This document shows, piece by piece, positions 24,957 to 35,488 of a stretch of 64,000 nt of DNA. This DNA comes from a virus, in the IMG/VR virus record IMGVR_UViG_3300028394_000070, positions 7,522-71,521 of that record. One strand, 5' to 3'. The first letter of the stretch is position 1; each line of letters begins with the position of its first letter. The notes beneath the pieces were generated by a model that did no database searches, was not told where the DNA came from, and saw only the letters and a list, made by a program, of their open reading frames with translations. A program made the translations under genes and the position numbers.

Positions 24957-25411
24957 GTGAAATATAGCTCAGATTCTTCTTTTCTACGTCTTACTAGTCC
25001 CTTCAGCACCTTTCCTCCACCCTTGTTCCATTTAGCAAACTCATTGGCTATGGTCGGATCGTTTGGGTTGATGTTCACCTTCTTTAGTAGCGTGGATGAC
25101 TTCAATGCATTCGGCCCTACATTGTAGCAGAACGAAACTAGAGCATCAAACTGGTTCTGGTTTATATCATCACGGCAGTATGCGTCAACATTACGCTCGA
25201 ATGCCTTCATGTCGAAGATAAGATACTCCAATGCCTTAGCTTCTGTGATAGGAGCATCGTTCATTGATACCTTATTACCGTTAGGATATCTCGTTGTTCC
25301 GAAACCTATAGTGCATACATTAGCAGGACACATGTACGGCTTGGATGAGAACCCTTCGAATGACTTTACTAGGTCTATTCCATTCTTGCTAGTGGTGATT
25401 ATCTTGGTCAT
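24953..25411 (-). CDS. endolysin, GH24 lysozyme
   Basis: FEG..PY.CPA..TIGFG, QFDALVSF.YNVG, GL..RR..E. Confidence 0.93.
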   Translation of the reverse strand: MTKIITTSKNGIDLVKSFEGFSSKPYMCPANVCTIGFGTTRYPNGNKVSMNDAPITEAKALEYLIFDMKAFERNVDAYCRDDINQNQFDALVSFCYNVGPNALKSSTLLKKVNINPNDPTIANEFAKWNKGGGKVLKGLVRRRKEESELYFT

Positions 25412-25608
25412 AGTTCTGTGACTATTGGATTGTAATCAATCAAAGATAGTTCTTTCACCCAATCAATAGAGCATTGGGTTACTTCTTCTACTGAGATTAT
25501 CCAGTTACCATTGGCATCTTGGATCGGGTTGAAGTAGCTATCAGGCATAAACTCTGTCCCTGCAATAGACTGAGCTTGCTCTTCCGTGAGTAAGTGTACT
25601 TGTATCAT
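25408..25608 (-). CDS. small tail-fibre-associated protein
   Basis: coupled to the repeat protein; FNPIQDANGNWIIS. Confidence 0.65.
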   Translation of the reverse strand: MIQVHLLTEEQAQSIAGTEFMPDSYFNPIQDANGNWIISVEEVTQCSIDWVKELSLIDYNPIVTEL

Positions 25609-28600
25609 ACTTGTCGGTTTAAAGTTATTTGAAAATACTGAATTATGGTATATAGGTTACTTTGTTCCTCATCTGTTAATCCATCACCAATTGTGGCAAA
25701 TGCACACTGCCTATCGCTCCAATTACCAGGCTGTCCGTTATTTGCAGCTAACCAAATAGTCAATGGTGATAATGCAGGAGATGCTGATGCGTCTATACTT
25801 GTCAAAACTAATTGAGCATTTTTAAACATTGTGGTTTGAGTTGGAGAAATTCTATTCCCAACATAATAACCTCTTGTATCTGCTATTGTTGTTGTTGTTG
25901 TAATGGTTCTTTGATTAATTAATGGAGATGTTATACCCAATCTTAATAAAGTTAATCCAAAATAATATGGTGGACTAATGGATAAATAATTCGCTCCAAT
26001 CTCATATTGAAATTTAGTACCAGCAACAGGACTTGTTGTATTGCTTCTTGAATAGTAACTATTATGCGTACTATCTTGAGTTAATGAATTAACTGGTAAA
26101 AATGTATCAGCATATGCGTTAGTACCATTAGGTAACGCTCCCGTTGCTGAATGAGTCCATCCACCTGAAAATAATAAACGATATGCAGCATTAGTGTCAG
26201 CAGGGTTCTTTAAGTTGAACTTATGCGCCAATGCTGTACCACCAACCATAGGATATATGGCTTTCATCTTTGGCCACAACTGTGCAATTTTTAGATTAGT
26301 AACAAGAGTATTTATTGCACTAACTTGTGTTAGATCAGTTATCCCTGCTGCAATAATAAATAAATTTGCATCAGGATCCAATGTAACAGGAAATCCTAGA
26401 TACCTTCCTAGTTCCATTTGAAATCCTTGAACAATATTATATAATGCAAGAGCCTCTTCATCATTCATTCCTGTGCCTCCTAGTGTAGTGAATGCTACTT
26501 GCCTATTTGACCATCTAGAAAATAATGCTGTTTGTTCCCTAAAAGCTCCAATTGCCATTGGATTTGTAGATATACCAGCTGCTGCATTTGTTGCATTTAC
26601 TAGTATAGTATTATTTTTATATGTCTTAATAGCATTGCTTGCAGTACGAGCTGTTATATAATAGCCTGTTGAATTAAGATTAGGAACATTTGCATCACTA
26701 GCTTGATTTATACCTGAATATATTTCATTCAAGTATCTAATCATAATAATTGAATAAGGAGACCCATTTGTAGCACCTCCTACATCCACAAATAATCCAT
26801 TTGAATCTGTGCGAGAATAAAATGAAAGATGACCAGTATTAAGCACTGGATATAGATAAAATGTATTAGCGTAGGTATTAGATGCGTTTGGCAATGCGCC
26901 ATTGGTTGAATGTACCCAACCTCCTGAAAAGAATAATCTATACGCTACATCTAAATCTCTTGGGTCTTTTAAATTAAACTTATGTGTAGTAGCTGTTCCA
27001 CCAACAAATGGATATATAGCATCCATCCTAGTCCATAATCCGTTTCCTTTAAGGTTTAATACTAGATTGTTTATTGCTGTTGTTTGAACTTGATCTATTA
27101 TGACTGCTGCATTAATAAATGCCTGTGCGTTAGAATCAGTTACTGTCTGTGTTCCTATAGATCTTCCTAGTGCTACTTGGAATGCTTGTACTATAGTATA
27201 ATAATTTCCAGCTTCTGCGTCTGTTAGTCCTGTACCAATAGATGCAAAGGCACATTGTTTTGACGAAAAATTAGCAGCAACTCCACTATTATTATTCGCT
27301 CCAATATAAATATTATTATTTGGTCTTCCGTTTGTTGCAGTTGTTCCAGTAGCTACTTTTACTCCGCTTTTCCAACCATTGACAACATTTACAGCAGTTC
27401 TATTAGCGATATAAAACCCTCTTGAATCTGTATCAGTAAATGTTGCATATGGTGTAGTTTGATTTATTACAAAGAATGTTGTACTTGTCGTTCTTATTTG
27501 TAATACATTTTGATTTGGCAAAATTTGATTACCAATTTCAACCTGACCTGCTGTTGTATCTGTTCTTGAATAATAACTTATATGGTGGTCATTCTGAATT
27601 CCAGATATTGAACTATTGAAAAATGTATTTGCATAAGCATTAGTTCCATTGGGCAATGCTCCATTTACTGAATGAGTCCATGTATTAACAAATAGAAGCC
27701 TAAATGCTGCATCTGTATCTAATGGATTTTTTAAATTAAACTTATGAGCAAGTGCAGTACCTCCAACCATAGGATAGATTGCATTGAACTTAGTCCATAG
27801 TCCATTTGATTTAAGACTTGTAACGAGAGTATTGACAGCATTAGCTTGAGTAATGTTAGTGATATTAGCAGCATTTATAAATGCTTGAGCATCTGTATCA
27901 GTTACATAAGAAGAACCTATTTGTCTACCTAATGCTACTTGATATTGTTGAACAAGTGATGCTAGACTACTAGATTCTGTATCATTTAATCCTTGACCAA
28001 TATAAGCAAATCTGAATTCTGAATTAATCCAGCCGACACTATATGGAACACCATTTAAGTTTAAATTGCCTAAAAATATAGAAAGATTAGGCAAAACACC
28101 ACCCGAATTTATAGTTTGAATAGGTACACCATTTTTATAATATTTAGTAATTGTTGCAGCAGTCCTATGAACATCAAAATTTCCAGCTCCTCCAGTTATT
28201 GTCGTAACAACATTTGCGGCATTTAACCTTGAACTCATTGATGTAGGAGTTACAACATTGGTTGAAGCTGAAGTCAAAAAGTTTACTAAGCATCCCATTT
28301 GTACTGGGTCAGTTCCTGCAACTGTTCTCTCTGTTATATACATCCCCATTCCATTGTTATTTACAGACTGAACAAGGCTAGGGCTTAAAAATGTATTTGC
28401 ATATCCATTAGTTCCATTAGGCTGCGCTCCTGTTTGGCTATGTGTCCAACCTCCAACAAAACTTAATCTGAAAGCAGCATCTGTATTAAGAGGGTTTTTT
28501 AAGTTATACTTATGTGTAGTTGCAGTTGCTCCTACAAATGGGTAGATGGCACTACATTTTGCCCATGTTCCATTAGCCTTCATTCCTGCCACTAATGCAC

Positions 28601-28712
28601 ATAGTGCAGAAGCAATAGTTTGGTCTGTGATGCCTGTTACTTTTAAAAATAAAAGCACATCATAATCTGTGCATGGATACTTATACCAATATGGAGCAAT
28701 TAAAAAACTCAT
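25605..28712 (-). CDS. virion/receptor-binding protein with four ~255-aa tandem domains
   Basis: AIYP.VGG.A..HK.NLK.P repeated four times. Confidence 0.8.
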   Translation of the reverse strand: MSFLIAPYWYKYPCTDYDVLLFLKVTGITDQTIASALCALVAGMKANGTWAKCSAIYPFVGATATTHKYNLKNPLNTDAAFRLSFVGGWTHSQTGAQPNGTNGYANTFLSPSLVQSVNNNGMGMYITERTVAGTDPVQMGCLVNFLTSASTNVVTPTSMSSRLNAANVVTTITGGAGNFDVHRTAATITKYYKNGVPIQTINSGGVLPNLSIFLGNLNLNGVPYSVGWINSEFRFAYIGQGLNDTESSSLASLVQQYQVALGRQIGSSYVTDTDAQAFINAANITNITQANAVNTLVTSLKSNGLWTKFNAIYPMVGGTALAHKFNLKNPLDTDAAFRLLFVNTWTHSVNGALPNGTNAYANTFFNSSISGIQNDHHISYYSRTDTTAGQVEIGNQILPNQNVLQIRTTSTTFFVINQTTPYATFTDTDSRGFYIANRTAVNVVNGWKSGVKVATGTTATNGRPNNNIYIGANNNSGVAANFSSKQCAFASIGTGLTDAEAGNYYTIVQAFQVALGRSIGTQTVTDSNAQAFINAAVIIDQVQTTAINNLVLNLKGNGLWTRMDAIYPFVGGTATTHKFNLKDPRDLDVAYRLFFSGGWVHSTNGALPNASNTYANTFYLYPVLNTGHLSFYSRTDSNGLFVDVGGATNGSPYSIIMIRYLNEIYSGINQASDANVPNLNSTGYYITARTASNAIKTYKNNTILVNATNAAAGISTNPMAIGAFREQTALFSRWSNRQVAFTTLGGTGMNDEEALALYNIVQGFQMELGRYLGFPVTLDPDANLFIIAAGITDLTQVSAINTLVTNLKIAQLWPKMKAIYPMVGGTALAHKFNLKNPADTNAAYRLLFSGGWTHSATGALPNGTNAYADTFLPVNSLTQDSTHNSYYSRSNTTSPVAGTKFQYEIGANYLSISPPYYFGLTLLRLGITSPLINQRTITTTTTIADTRGYYVGNRISPTQTTMFKNAQLVLTSIDASASPALSPLTIWLAANNGQPGNWSDRQCAFATIGDGLTDEEQSNLYTIIQYFQITLNRQV

Positions 28713-30775
28713 ACAGTTGTACCTATTAAATATATTTTTAAACCTCTTGCAGTACCATCACCAACTTGATCCACATCAACAGTCATCTCTGCATCATCAG
28801 CAAGATTAACATCACTAATGATTGGTAGACTAGCAGCCGTTGTACTTGTTTTTTCATTGTTGTCAATAGTAATCTTAGTGCTTAATATTGATACTCCATT
28901 TTCATTTATATCAACAGTAAATATTGACCCAGCTCCTTGTGCAGTTCCTAGAGATGCTCTAACAGATGTAAGTGTAACCCCCCTAGGCATTCTAAATGTT
29001 ACTTTAGATGTTCCTGTTGTTAATGGAGTAGTTTCATCAGATGCAGCTACGACTAATTGAAATAAATTTGTAGGGTCTGCTTTCCATCCTCTAACTCCAG
29101 ATGCATCAGTACCATATACTTTGCTATTTCCAGGAGTTATTAAATCATTATCAAGTTCAACATTGTTAGATAAAATCTTTACTGACTTTGTAGTTCCAAG
29201 AGCATCCTGCTTACCATTAAATGTATTGTAATTGGTATTACTAATTAATCCTGCTGTTACACCTGATGTACTAGCTAATGGAATGTTGAATGTATGGGTA
29301 TTACTACTAGACACAATAGCGAAGGCGGTTCCACTTGTTCCTGTTGCTAGTGTCTGCGTTGCTCCTGTCTGTATGTTACCTGATGTACCCAATCCTGTGA
29401 TACCGCTAGCACTAGGAATAGCTGTAGTACTTAACTTTCCATTAGCATCAGCAGTAACCATTCTTGAACCAGTCCCTGCTAAACTTGTAAGAGTTACATC
29501 TATAGTATTTGTAGTAACTTCGATTGCTCTACCAACAGATGCTCCTGTTGAAGGATTATAACTAGATATTACATAGTTATTAGCTGCATCTACCCCTGCT
29601 GCAAATGTAGTTATATTGTTTTTTTGAAAAAATAATAGATTTACAGTACCTCCTGGAGGAACTTTTAAAAATAAACGAGAATCTGTACTAGATGTAATTG
29701 TAACATCACCTGAGCCATTATCAGATATACTACTATCGGTTAATACACCACTTGTTGCGCTCCATTTAGAAATAGTATTAGTAGTACCTGTTCCTGCGCT
29801 AGCTCCTGTAGTTGTAAACACATTACCACTAGCATCAACACCTAATACTTTAACTACTGCTCCATCAAATGTGGCTCCTGTATAATTATTCAGTTTAAGT
29901 TGTCCTGTTCCATTAAGTGTAAATAATTCACTTTCTACTGCACCATCAACACCTGATATCGCAAGTTGTGATAATCCTGTTGAAGGAAACCTTGACTTAA
30001 TTCTATTTGATATAGCGTTTACTCCACCGTCATCTGTTTCAAATGACATACTAGCACCTGGACTTGCTCCAATCCTGATAAGTCTTATAACATCAAGAGC
30101 ATCTTTTCCTGTTGTATTAAAACATCTAAAAAGCCCTGCTGTTATATAATTCCCTGTTGCTACTAAAGGATAATTAGCATCTGCTTCAGCTTGGACACCT
30201 ACACTATTTTCTGAATAACCTCTAATACCATAGTTATCAACTGAATTTCCAAATACAGCTACACCACTTTCAGTGTCTGATCTTATCCCACATGTTGATG
30301 GATCTTCGAAAGATGTAACAATTGGATTACTTACATAAAATAAAGCACCACCATTATATTCACCAATTACGGATAAATTATAAGAGTTAGCATTATCAAT
30401 AATAGTATTTTCAATTAAGTCACCTCCTAATTGAAAGTTATTAGGGTCGCCAGGTTGAGGTGATAGTCCATTATTTACGGTGTATGTTCCTCCTGTTCCA
30501 CCCGTAGAAGTGATAGTGATATTCCCTACATTGTCATCACTCAGCGTGATGCCTGGACCAGCTACTAGGTTTAAAAGGTTCTGGTTGCCATTATCAACCC
30601 CGTCGGTCTTTAGTAAAATAAGCGAACCGCCCCCAGAGAAGACCTCTGAAAGAGCGGTAAGCAGTTGTTGATACGTCAGGTCAAGAACAGCGTCCTTGTT
30701 CTGCGTTGGCCTGATTACCTGGAATATATCCGTGGGTATCAGGGGGAGGACGATTCTCTTCCTGACTAGTGACAT
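28709..30775 (-). CDS. tail fibre protein
   Basis: G/T/S-rich modular fibre repeats. Confidence 0.75.
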   Translation of the reverse strand: MSLVRKRIVLPLIPTDIFQVIRPTQNKDAVLDLTYQQLLTALSEVFSGGGSLILLKTDGVDNGNQNLLNLVAGPGITLSDDNVGNITITSTGGTGGTYTVNNGLSPQPGDPNNFQLGGDLIENTIIDNANSYNLSVIGEYNGGALFYVSNPIVTSFEDPSTCGIRSDTESGVAVFGNSVDNYGIRGYSENSVGVQAEADANYPLVATGNYITAGLFRCFNTTGKDALDVIRLIRIGASPGASMSFETDDGGVNAISNRIKSRFPSTGLSQLAISGVDGAVESELFTLNGTGQLKLNNYTGATFDGAVVKVLGVDASGNVFTTTGASAGTGTTNTISKWSATSGVLTDSSISDNGSGDVTITSSTDSRLFLKVPPGGTVNLLFFQKNNITTFAAGVDAANNYVISSYNPSTGASVGRAIEVTTNTIDVTLTSLAGTGSRMVTADANGKLSTTAIPSASGITGLGTSGNIQTGATQTLATGTSGTAFAIVSSSNTHTFNIPLASTSGVTAGLISNTNYNTFNGKQDALGTTKSVKILSNNVELDNDLITPGNSKVYGTDASGVRGWKADPTNLFQLVVAASDETTPLTTGTSKVTFRMPRGVTLTSVRASLGTAQGAGSIFTVDINENGVSILSTKITIDNNEKTSTTAASLPIISDVNLADDAEMTVDVDQVGDGTARGLKIYLIGTTV

Positions 30776-30783
30776 AATTTATC

Positions 30784-32223
30784 TTATCCTATTCGTGTCC
30801 ATGTTTGTGTAGCCCCGTTGGTGCATACTGCAACTATTCCTGTAAATGCTGGGATATTACATGTGAAATACTCAGTCAAAAGACTAGGACTTTTAAATCT
30901 AAATGTCCCTATGGTTAGATTACTGTATATGTGTATCTTTTTCCCTGTGTATGCAAAAAGAGGTGCTTTGCTAACATATGAAGTAATACTAGCACTAGCT
31001 GACTTCAATTCTAAACTAGATACATTATAGTTAATTTGATCAGATCCATTATTAACGATTGCTGCTAGTAATTGAAATCCATTATCCTCAGTAACCTGAT
31101 CCCATATAGCAGCTCCTACAGTATTACTACGGCATATATATGTCCTCTGTAACGTACCTGTGTTGCGTGCAACCGAACCAAGAGAATACCCTTGGCTTGA
31201 ATCATTACTTGCAGTAGGAGTTACATCTCCGCTCATTGATAACACCTTCGCTCCATTCAATGTAATCTCAGCAGTACTGCCATTTAATACTACAGGAACT
31301 TCTGAGAACATAGAACCTTTAAAATCGAATCCACCTATTGTAGACCCTGGGCCTGTTATGGTAGTTCCATCTGTTTTAATTGCTAATTTAGATACATAGG
31401 CTATATTAGCTACTCCAGCAGCTCCTGTAAGAGCGAAGTTGTTCGTAAATGTAATCTCCTGAGCTGCTGTCACTGTTGTACCTCCTCTAGTAACATCAAC
31501 ACCTGCCAATGGATTGATTGTGATATTAGTCCCTCCTATCCCATCATCTGCAACTACGGCCCCAGTGCCTAGGAATGTTAGATTATTCGTACCTGTTGTC
31601 ACTGTCCCACCTGAATCACTAACATCAACACCAGAAGATGAACCAGCGGTTGTGTTGTTCACACCCACAATCTCCCATGCCGTTCCGCTATATGAGAATG
31701 TATATTGTTGTGCAGCAGGGATTGTTAAGGAACTCGCACCTACCACATTAACCCCTGCTGAATCTTTAACTGTAAATTGACTAATAGCATCTTTAAAATA
31801 CACTAATACAGTCTTACCAATAAATGGATTAGGTGGTAGTTTTATTCCACATAAAACATTAGCAAGATTAGTATTTGTAGTTTTTATAACAGATACATTT
31901 GCATCTGTAGATACAATATCAAATGATGCCTTATAATTTATTGTTGAGAATTTAGCATCTGTCGGAATTAGTATCCAACTTGCATTCCCTGATAATGCTG
32001 TTTCGCAGATATAAAACCTTTCAGTAATAGTATCATAACCAACAGACCCTGGACGATAACCAAATGTCTCGTCGGTAGTATTACTAGGAGGAACACCACC
32101 AACATACAAAGGTCCGTATGCTGCTGCTAATATATCAGTTAGCAACTTATTCATCTTGGTCGCAGGATAGTCTGCTGCTGGCTGTATCTCGTTTATTAAC
32201 GCTAAAATGTCGCTCTGTTTCAT
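30784..32223 (-). CDS. tail fibre protein
   Basis: PT..NDS..GY..GS repeats; N-terminus shared with 33103..34260. Confidence 0.7.
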   Translation of the reverse strand: MKQSDILALINEIQPAADYPATKMNKLLTDILAAAYGPLYVGGVPPSNTTDETFGYRPGSVGYDTITERFYICETALSGNASWILIPTDAKFSTINYKASFDIVSTDANVSVIKTTNTNLANVLCGIKLPPNPFIGKTVLVYFKDAISQFTVKDSAGVNVVGASSLTIPAAQQYTFSYSGTAWEIVGVNNTTAGSSSGVDVSDSGGTVTTGTNNLTFLGTGAVVADDGIGGTNITINPLAGVDVTRGGTTVTAAQEITFTNNFALTGAAGVANIAYVSKLAIKTDGTTITGPGSTIGGFDFKGSMFSEVPVVLNGSTAEITLNGAKVLSMSGDVTPTASNDSSQGYSLGSVARNTGTLQRTYICRSNTVGAAIWDQVTEDNGFQLLAAIVNNGSDQINYNVSSLELKSASASITSYVSKAPLFAYTGKKIHIYSNLTIGTFRFKSPSLLTEYFTCNIPAFTGIVAVCTNGATQTWTRIG

Positions 32224-33086
32224 TATCTGTAGTCTTTACTGTTAAAGTCTGGTGTGTTAAAGTCTCTTCTTCGCTGTCCTGGACCACCGCCTCCTGGTGG
32301 GGTGAATGGAATGACTGATGCGAATGTTGGTGATGTAAATGTTATGATATTGGGGATCGTGTCAGTTAGGAATATGTTAGGATCGCATCCACATGGCGCA
32401 CCTGCTAGTAGTTCTATATTTAGAACGATAGCCTGAATCTGCTCATCTGTTAAGCATCTGTCTGCGTAATTAACAGACGTGTTATACTTTGTAACACTAG
32501 ACCCTTGAGTTATTAGTGTAATTACTTGTGATGGACTCCCTTGCTCTAGTGTAAAAAATGGTGTGCTAGAGTTTGCAGTTATGATAATCTCATTAGATTG
32601 CATCCCGTTTGATGCTACTACATCTATAGTGTTCTCTGTAAAGAAATCTCCTGGTTCAAAGTCCTCTGGATCGAAGTCTATTCCTGTTGTATTTATCTGG
32701 TTTATCAACTCATTTACAACAGTCGCCATTGTATCTCCTGGATTCGATGTATAACTAGGATTTGTTATAACCTGGTTCCCGTTAGAGTCTGTTTGTATTA
32801 TGGTAAATGCATATAATTCGTTATCAGAATAGCTACCTAGCGTAATACTAGACACCTGACTAACCGTTTCGGTACTTACCTCTGTCCTTGTCTCCCCTAT
32901 CGATGGGTCAACGCATTTAATACGCTGACTAAGCCAATGAAGATTTGCAACCTTGTTTATAAGACAATGGAATGTATTAATATCACCGTTATATGACGCA
33001 GCAATAGCCTCGATCATGATATCGGCTTGGACAGAATCAGCGATCCATGCCCTCTTTAATAACTCTTCTTTTGTATATAGTTGCAT
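32223..33086 (-). CDS. tail hub/adaptor protein
   Basis: CLTDEQI..PCGC; two DFxxxDF motifs. Confidence 0.6.
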   Translation of the reverse strand: MQLYTKEELLKRAWIADSVQADIMIEAIAASYNGDINTFHCLINKVANLHWLSQRIKCVDPSIGETRTEVSTETVSQVSSITLGSYSDNELYAFTIIQTDSNGNQVITNPSYTSNPGDTMATVVNELINQINTTGIDFDPEDFEPGDFFTENTIDVVASNGMQSNEIIITANSSTPFFTLEQGSPSQVITLITQGSSVTKYNTSVNYADRCLTDEQIQAIVLNIELLAGAPCGCDPNIFLTDTIPNIITFTSPTFASVIPFTPPGGGGPGQRRRDFNTPDFNSKDYR

Positions 33087-33102
33087 CTGACGTTACTATT
33101 GA

Positions 33103-34260
33103 TTACATGTATTCAAAGAAGAAGCGATATTTAACCCCTACTGCTGCTTGGCTTGCTAATAGATTCCCTGATAGCAACAATGATACATAGTCATCACAAG
33201 GTGTTGTTGTAGGGCCAAACGTATAAGTACCAACTCCAATATATTTATCACCTACTATTGATGTAGTTATAAATGATAATGGGTCGGGGAATATATAATC
33301 TACTCCAATATTAAATATCTTATAACACGTACCTGGATCTCCAACATTTGCAGTAACTCCTGGGGCAGGAACTATCCCTGGAACTACTTGATCTAACTCT
33401 GCATATAAGTATGTAAATGCCGATGCAGCCCCTTGGGCAAGAAAGTTATTATAATCTAATGGGTCAGATCCAAGAACATATTTATTGATACTGGATGATC
33501 CTGATATTGAAAATGAAGGTAAATCACCAGCTCCTACATCAGAACTTATGTTTGTGTATACTTTTATTTTTGTTATAGCATTCCAATTATTACCAACACC
33601 AATAGGCTTGAAATATGCAGATACACTATCTAATTGATAAGCATATCCTAAAGGTGATATTGGTGTGTTAATAGAAGGAGATGCATTTGAACCTAATGTA
33701 CTATAACTAGGGCTATTAGAAACTGTACTAATACCTGTTTGAACACCAAGAATTACACTATATGTCTGATTCGTAGTTCCTGTAATATCACCAGAATCAT
33801 ATTGTGCTATAGCAGGAGGTGACCACACCCAAGCACCTGGTAGTGGATTGTCTATACAAGTGAAATCATAAGCATTTCCATCAGGAGGAATGATTGCAGG
33901 CTGGCCCGTTAAATAATTATTAATCCTGCCTGCCACACCTTCATTATAATCAGGATATAAAAATACTGTCATCAAAGAGTTGTTGACAATAGTTATTCGT
34001 TTCCCTGTTGTTGGCACTGGCAATCTGCATGCATAATCAATATTAGTTGCAGTTACAACAATATTCACCCCATAGTTCAATACTAGTGTAGTGTCCTCCA
34101 TTGTGGTGTTGTTAGCAACCAATCCGTCAAACACTTGCGTCTGACCTGCTGAAGCAAACTCTAGCATCGAGGTTAGTAATGGACGCATTTCGTTAGCACG
34201 GTACTTACCGCCTGCTACAATCTCGTCTATTTGTGCTTGTATTTCCGCTTGTGATGCCAT
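33103..34260 (-). CDS. tail fibre protein
   Basis: shared N-terminal module; LP.P..G..I.I.N repeat. Confidence 0.7.
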   Translation of the reverse strand: MASQAEIQAQIDEIVAGGKYRANEMRPLLTSMLEFASAGQTQVFDGLVANNTTMEDTTLVLNYGVNIVVTATNIDYACRLPVPTTGKRITIVNNSLMTVFLYPDYNEGVAGRINNYLTGQPAIIPPDGNAYDFTCIDNPLPGAWVWSPPAIAQYDSGDITGTTNQTYSVILGVQTGISTVSNSPSYSTLGSNASPSINTPISPLGYAYQLDSVSAYFKPIGVGNNWNAITKIKVYTNISSDVGAGDLPSFSISGSSSINKYVLGSDPLDYNNFLAQGAASAFTYLYAELDQVVPGIVPAPGVTANVGDPGTCYKIFNIGVDYIFPDPLSFITTSIVGDKYIGVGTYTFGPTTTPCDDYVSLLLSGNLLASQAAVGVKYRFFFEYM

Positions 34261-34269
34261 TTTATTATG

Positions 34270-35484
34270 TTATGAGTTAATAGTTTGATATACAACAGTT
34301 ACTTTTATAGTTCCGTCTCCTGTCATTGGGTCACCTAAGTCTGCTTGAAGAAATATTGGTGCATTGGCTACCAATTGAAATTGTTGTGTCGCTGAATCAA
34401 GGCTATATAATTTTGATATACCAGAACTTAAAAATCCTAATAAATCAATACCCATATAATATCCAATTGTTCCAGCAGCATAAAAAGCAGAAACAGTTGT
34501 ACTTGTATCATACGGAGTAGTATTAAAATTACACGTCACAGTGATACTTGATATTACGTTTACAGTATTAACTCCTGATGCAGGTACTATAACAACAGGT
34601 GTCGTCCCTAGTGCTAATATCTGTGCAGATGTTAAATTTACTACAGATACTTTATTTAACACAACTAGTGAAGTGTCAAAATTATTTGAAGTTAGTAATG
34701 AAGTGGTCAATGTCGATCCACTACGCTGTAGTACACCGTAGTTAGTGCTGAATGTTATATCAGTAGGTGATGCCGATACGTTAGTGTAGTTACCCATAAC
34801 AGACAAAGCAGCAGATGGATTTAAATCTGCCGTTGAAATAGGTCTAGATGTCGATGCAGCAATCCATGATGTTGTTAGTACGTCATAGGTAGCGATAATG
34901 ATAACACCGCCATTCAATGCTTGGTTAGCATTGATGCTGATACCGAAAACTGTTAGTGTATTAGCACCTATCGTGATACCTCCTGCAAGCTCAATCTGAA
35001 ACTGACTACCTGCCTTTACTCCTGTACCAGCAATTACAGTGTAGTTACTTGTTAATGTAACAGGACCTTTTAAACGCTGATATGCTTCGCTTACACCTGC
35101 TGTTAATGTCAATGTACCTCCAACAGGAACCGTAACCGTCTTAACACCCTGTGCGATCTGTGGCTGGTCTTTACCATCAGCGTAATACTGAACATTCCAT
35201 GTCAAACCATCATAGACACATGTAAACGTGCCTGTCTGATTTAATTGGTCTTGTGTGATGGTTATCCCACAGATTGTTGCAGTGAAACCTCCTAGCAATA
35301 CGTTAGCATTCCAACGGATATTGAATGTCTGAAAGTTTAATGTACCTGATGTTGTTATTGACACCGATCCTGTTAACGTAACAAGACCTGATGTGTACAT
35401 CTCGAATGCCTCATATCCAAACATTGATGCTGCCGATGTGAATGTACCTCCAGGGGCTGTAATGGTTTGTCTAATGTAATTCAT
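34270..35484 (-). CDS. tail structural protein (start MNYIRQ)
   Basis: two internal beta repeats; T/G-rich. Confidence 0.7.
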   Translation of the reverse strand: MNYIRQTITAPGGTFTSAASMFGYEAFEMYTSGLVTLTGSVSITTSGTLNFQTFNIRWNANVLLGGFTATICGITITQDQLNQTGTFTCVYDGLTWNVQYYADGKDQPQIAQGVKTVTVPVGGTLTLTAGVSEAYQRLKGPVTLTSNYTVIAGTGVKAGSQFQIELAGGITIGANTLTVFGISINANQALNGGVIIIATYDVLTTSWIAASTSRPISTADLNPSAALSVMGNYTNVSASPTDITFSTNYGVLQRSGSTLTTSLLTSNNFDTSLVVLNKVSVVNLTSAQILALGTTPVVIVPASGVNTVNVISSITVTCNFNTTPYDTSTTVSAFYAAGTIGYYMGIDLLGFLSSGISKLYSLDSATQQFQLVANAPIFLQADLGDPMTGDGTIKVTVVYQTINS

Positions 35485-35488
35485 ATTA

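Noticed and set aside
25605-28712. DGR template/variable repeats
   Set aside because: Repeats are in-frame, highly diverged at all bases, and no reverse transcriptase is present in the window.
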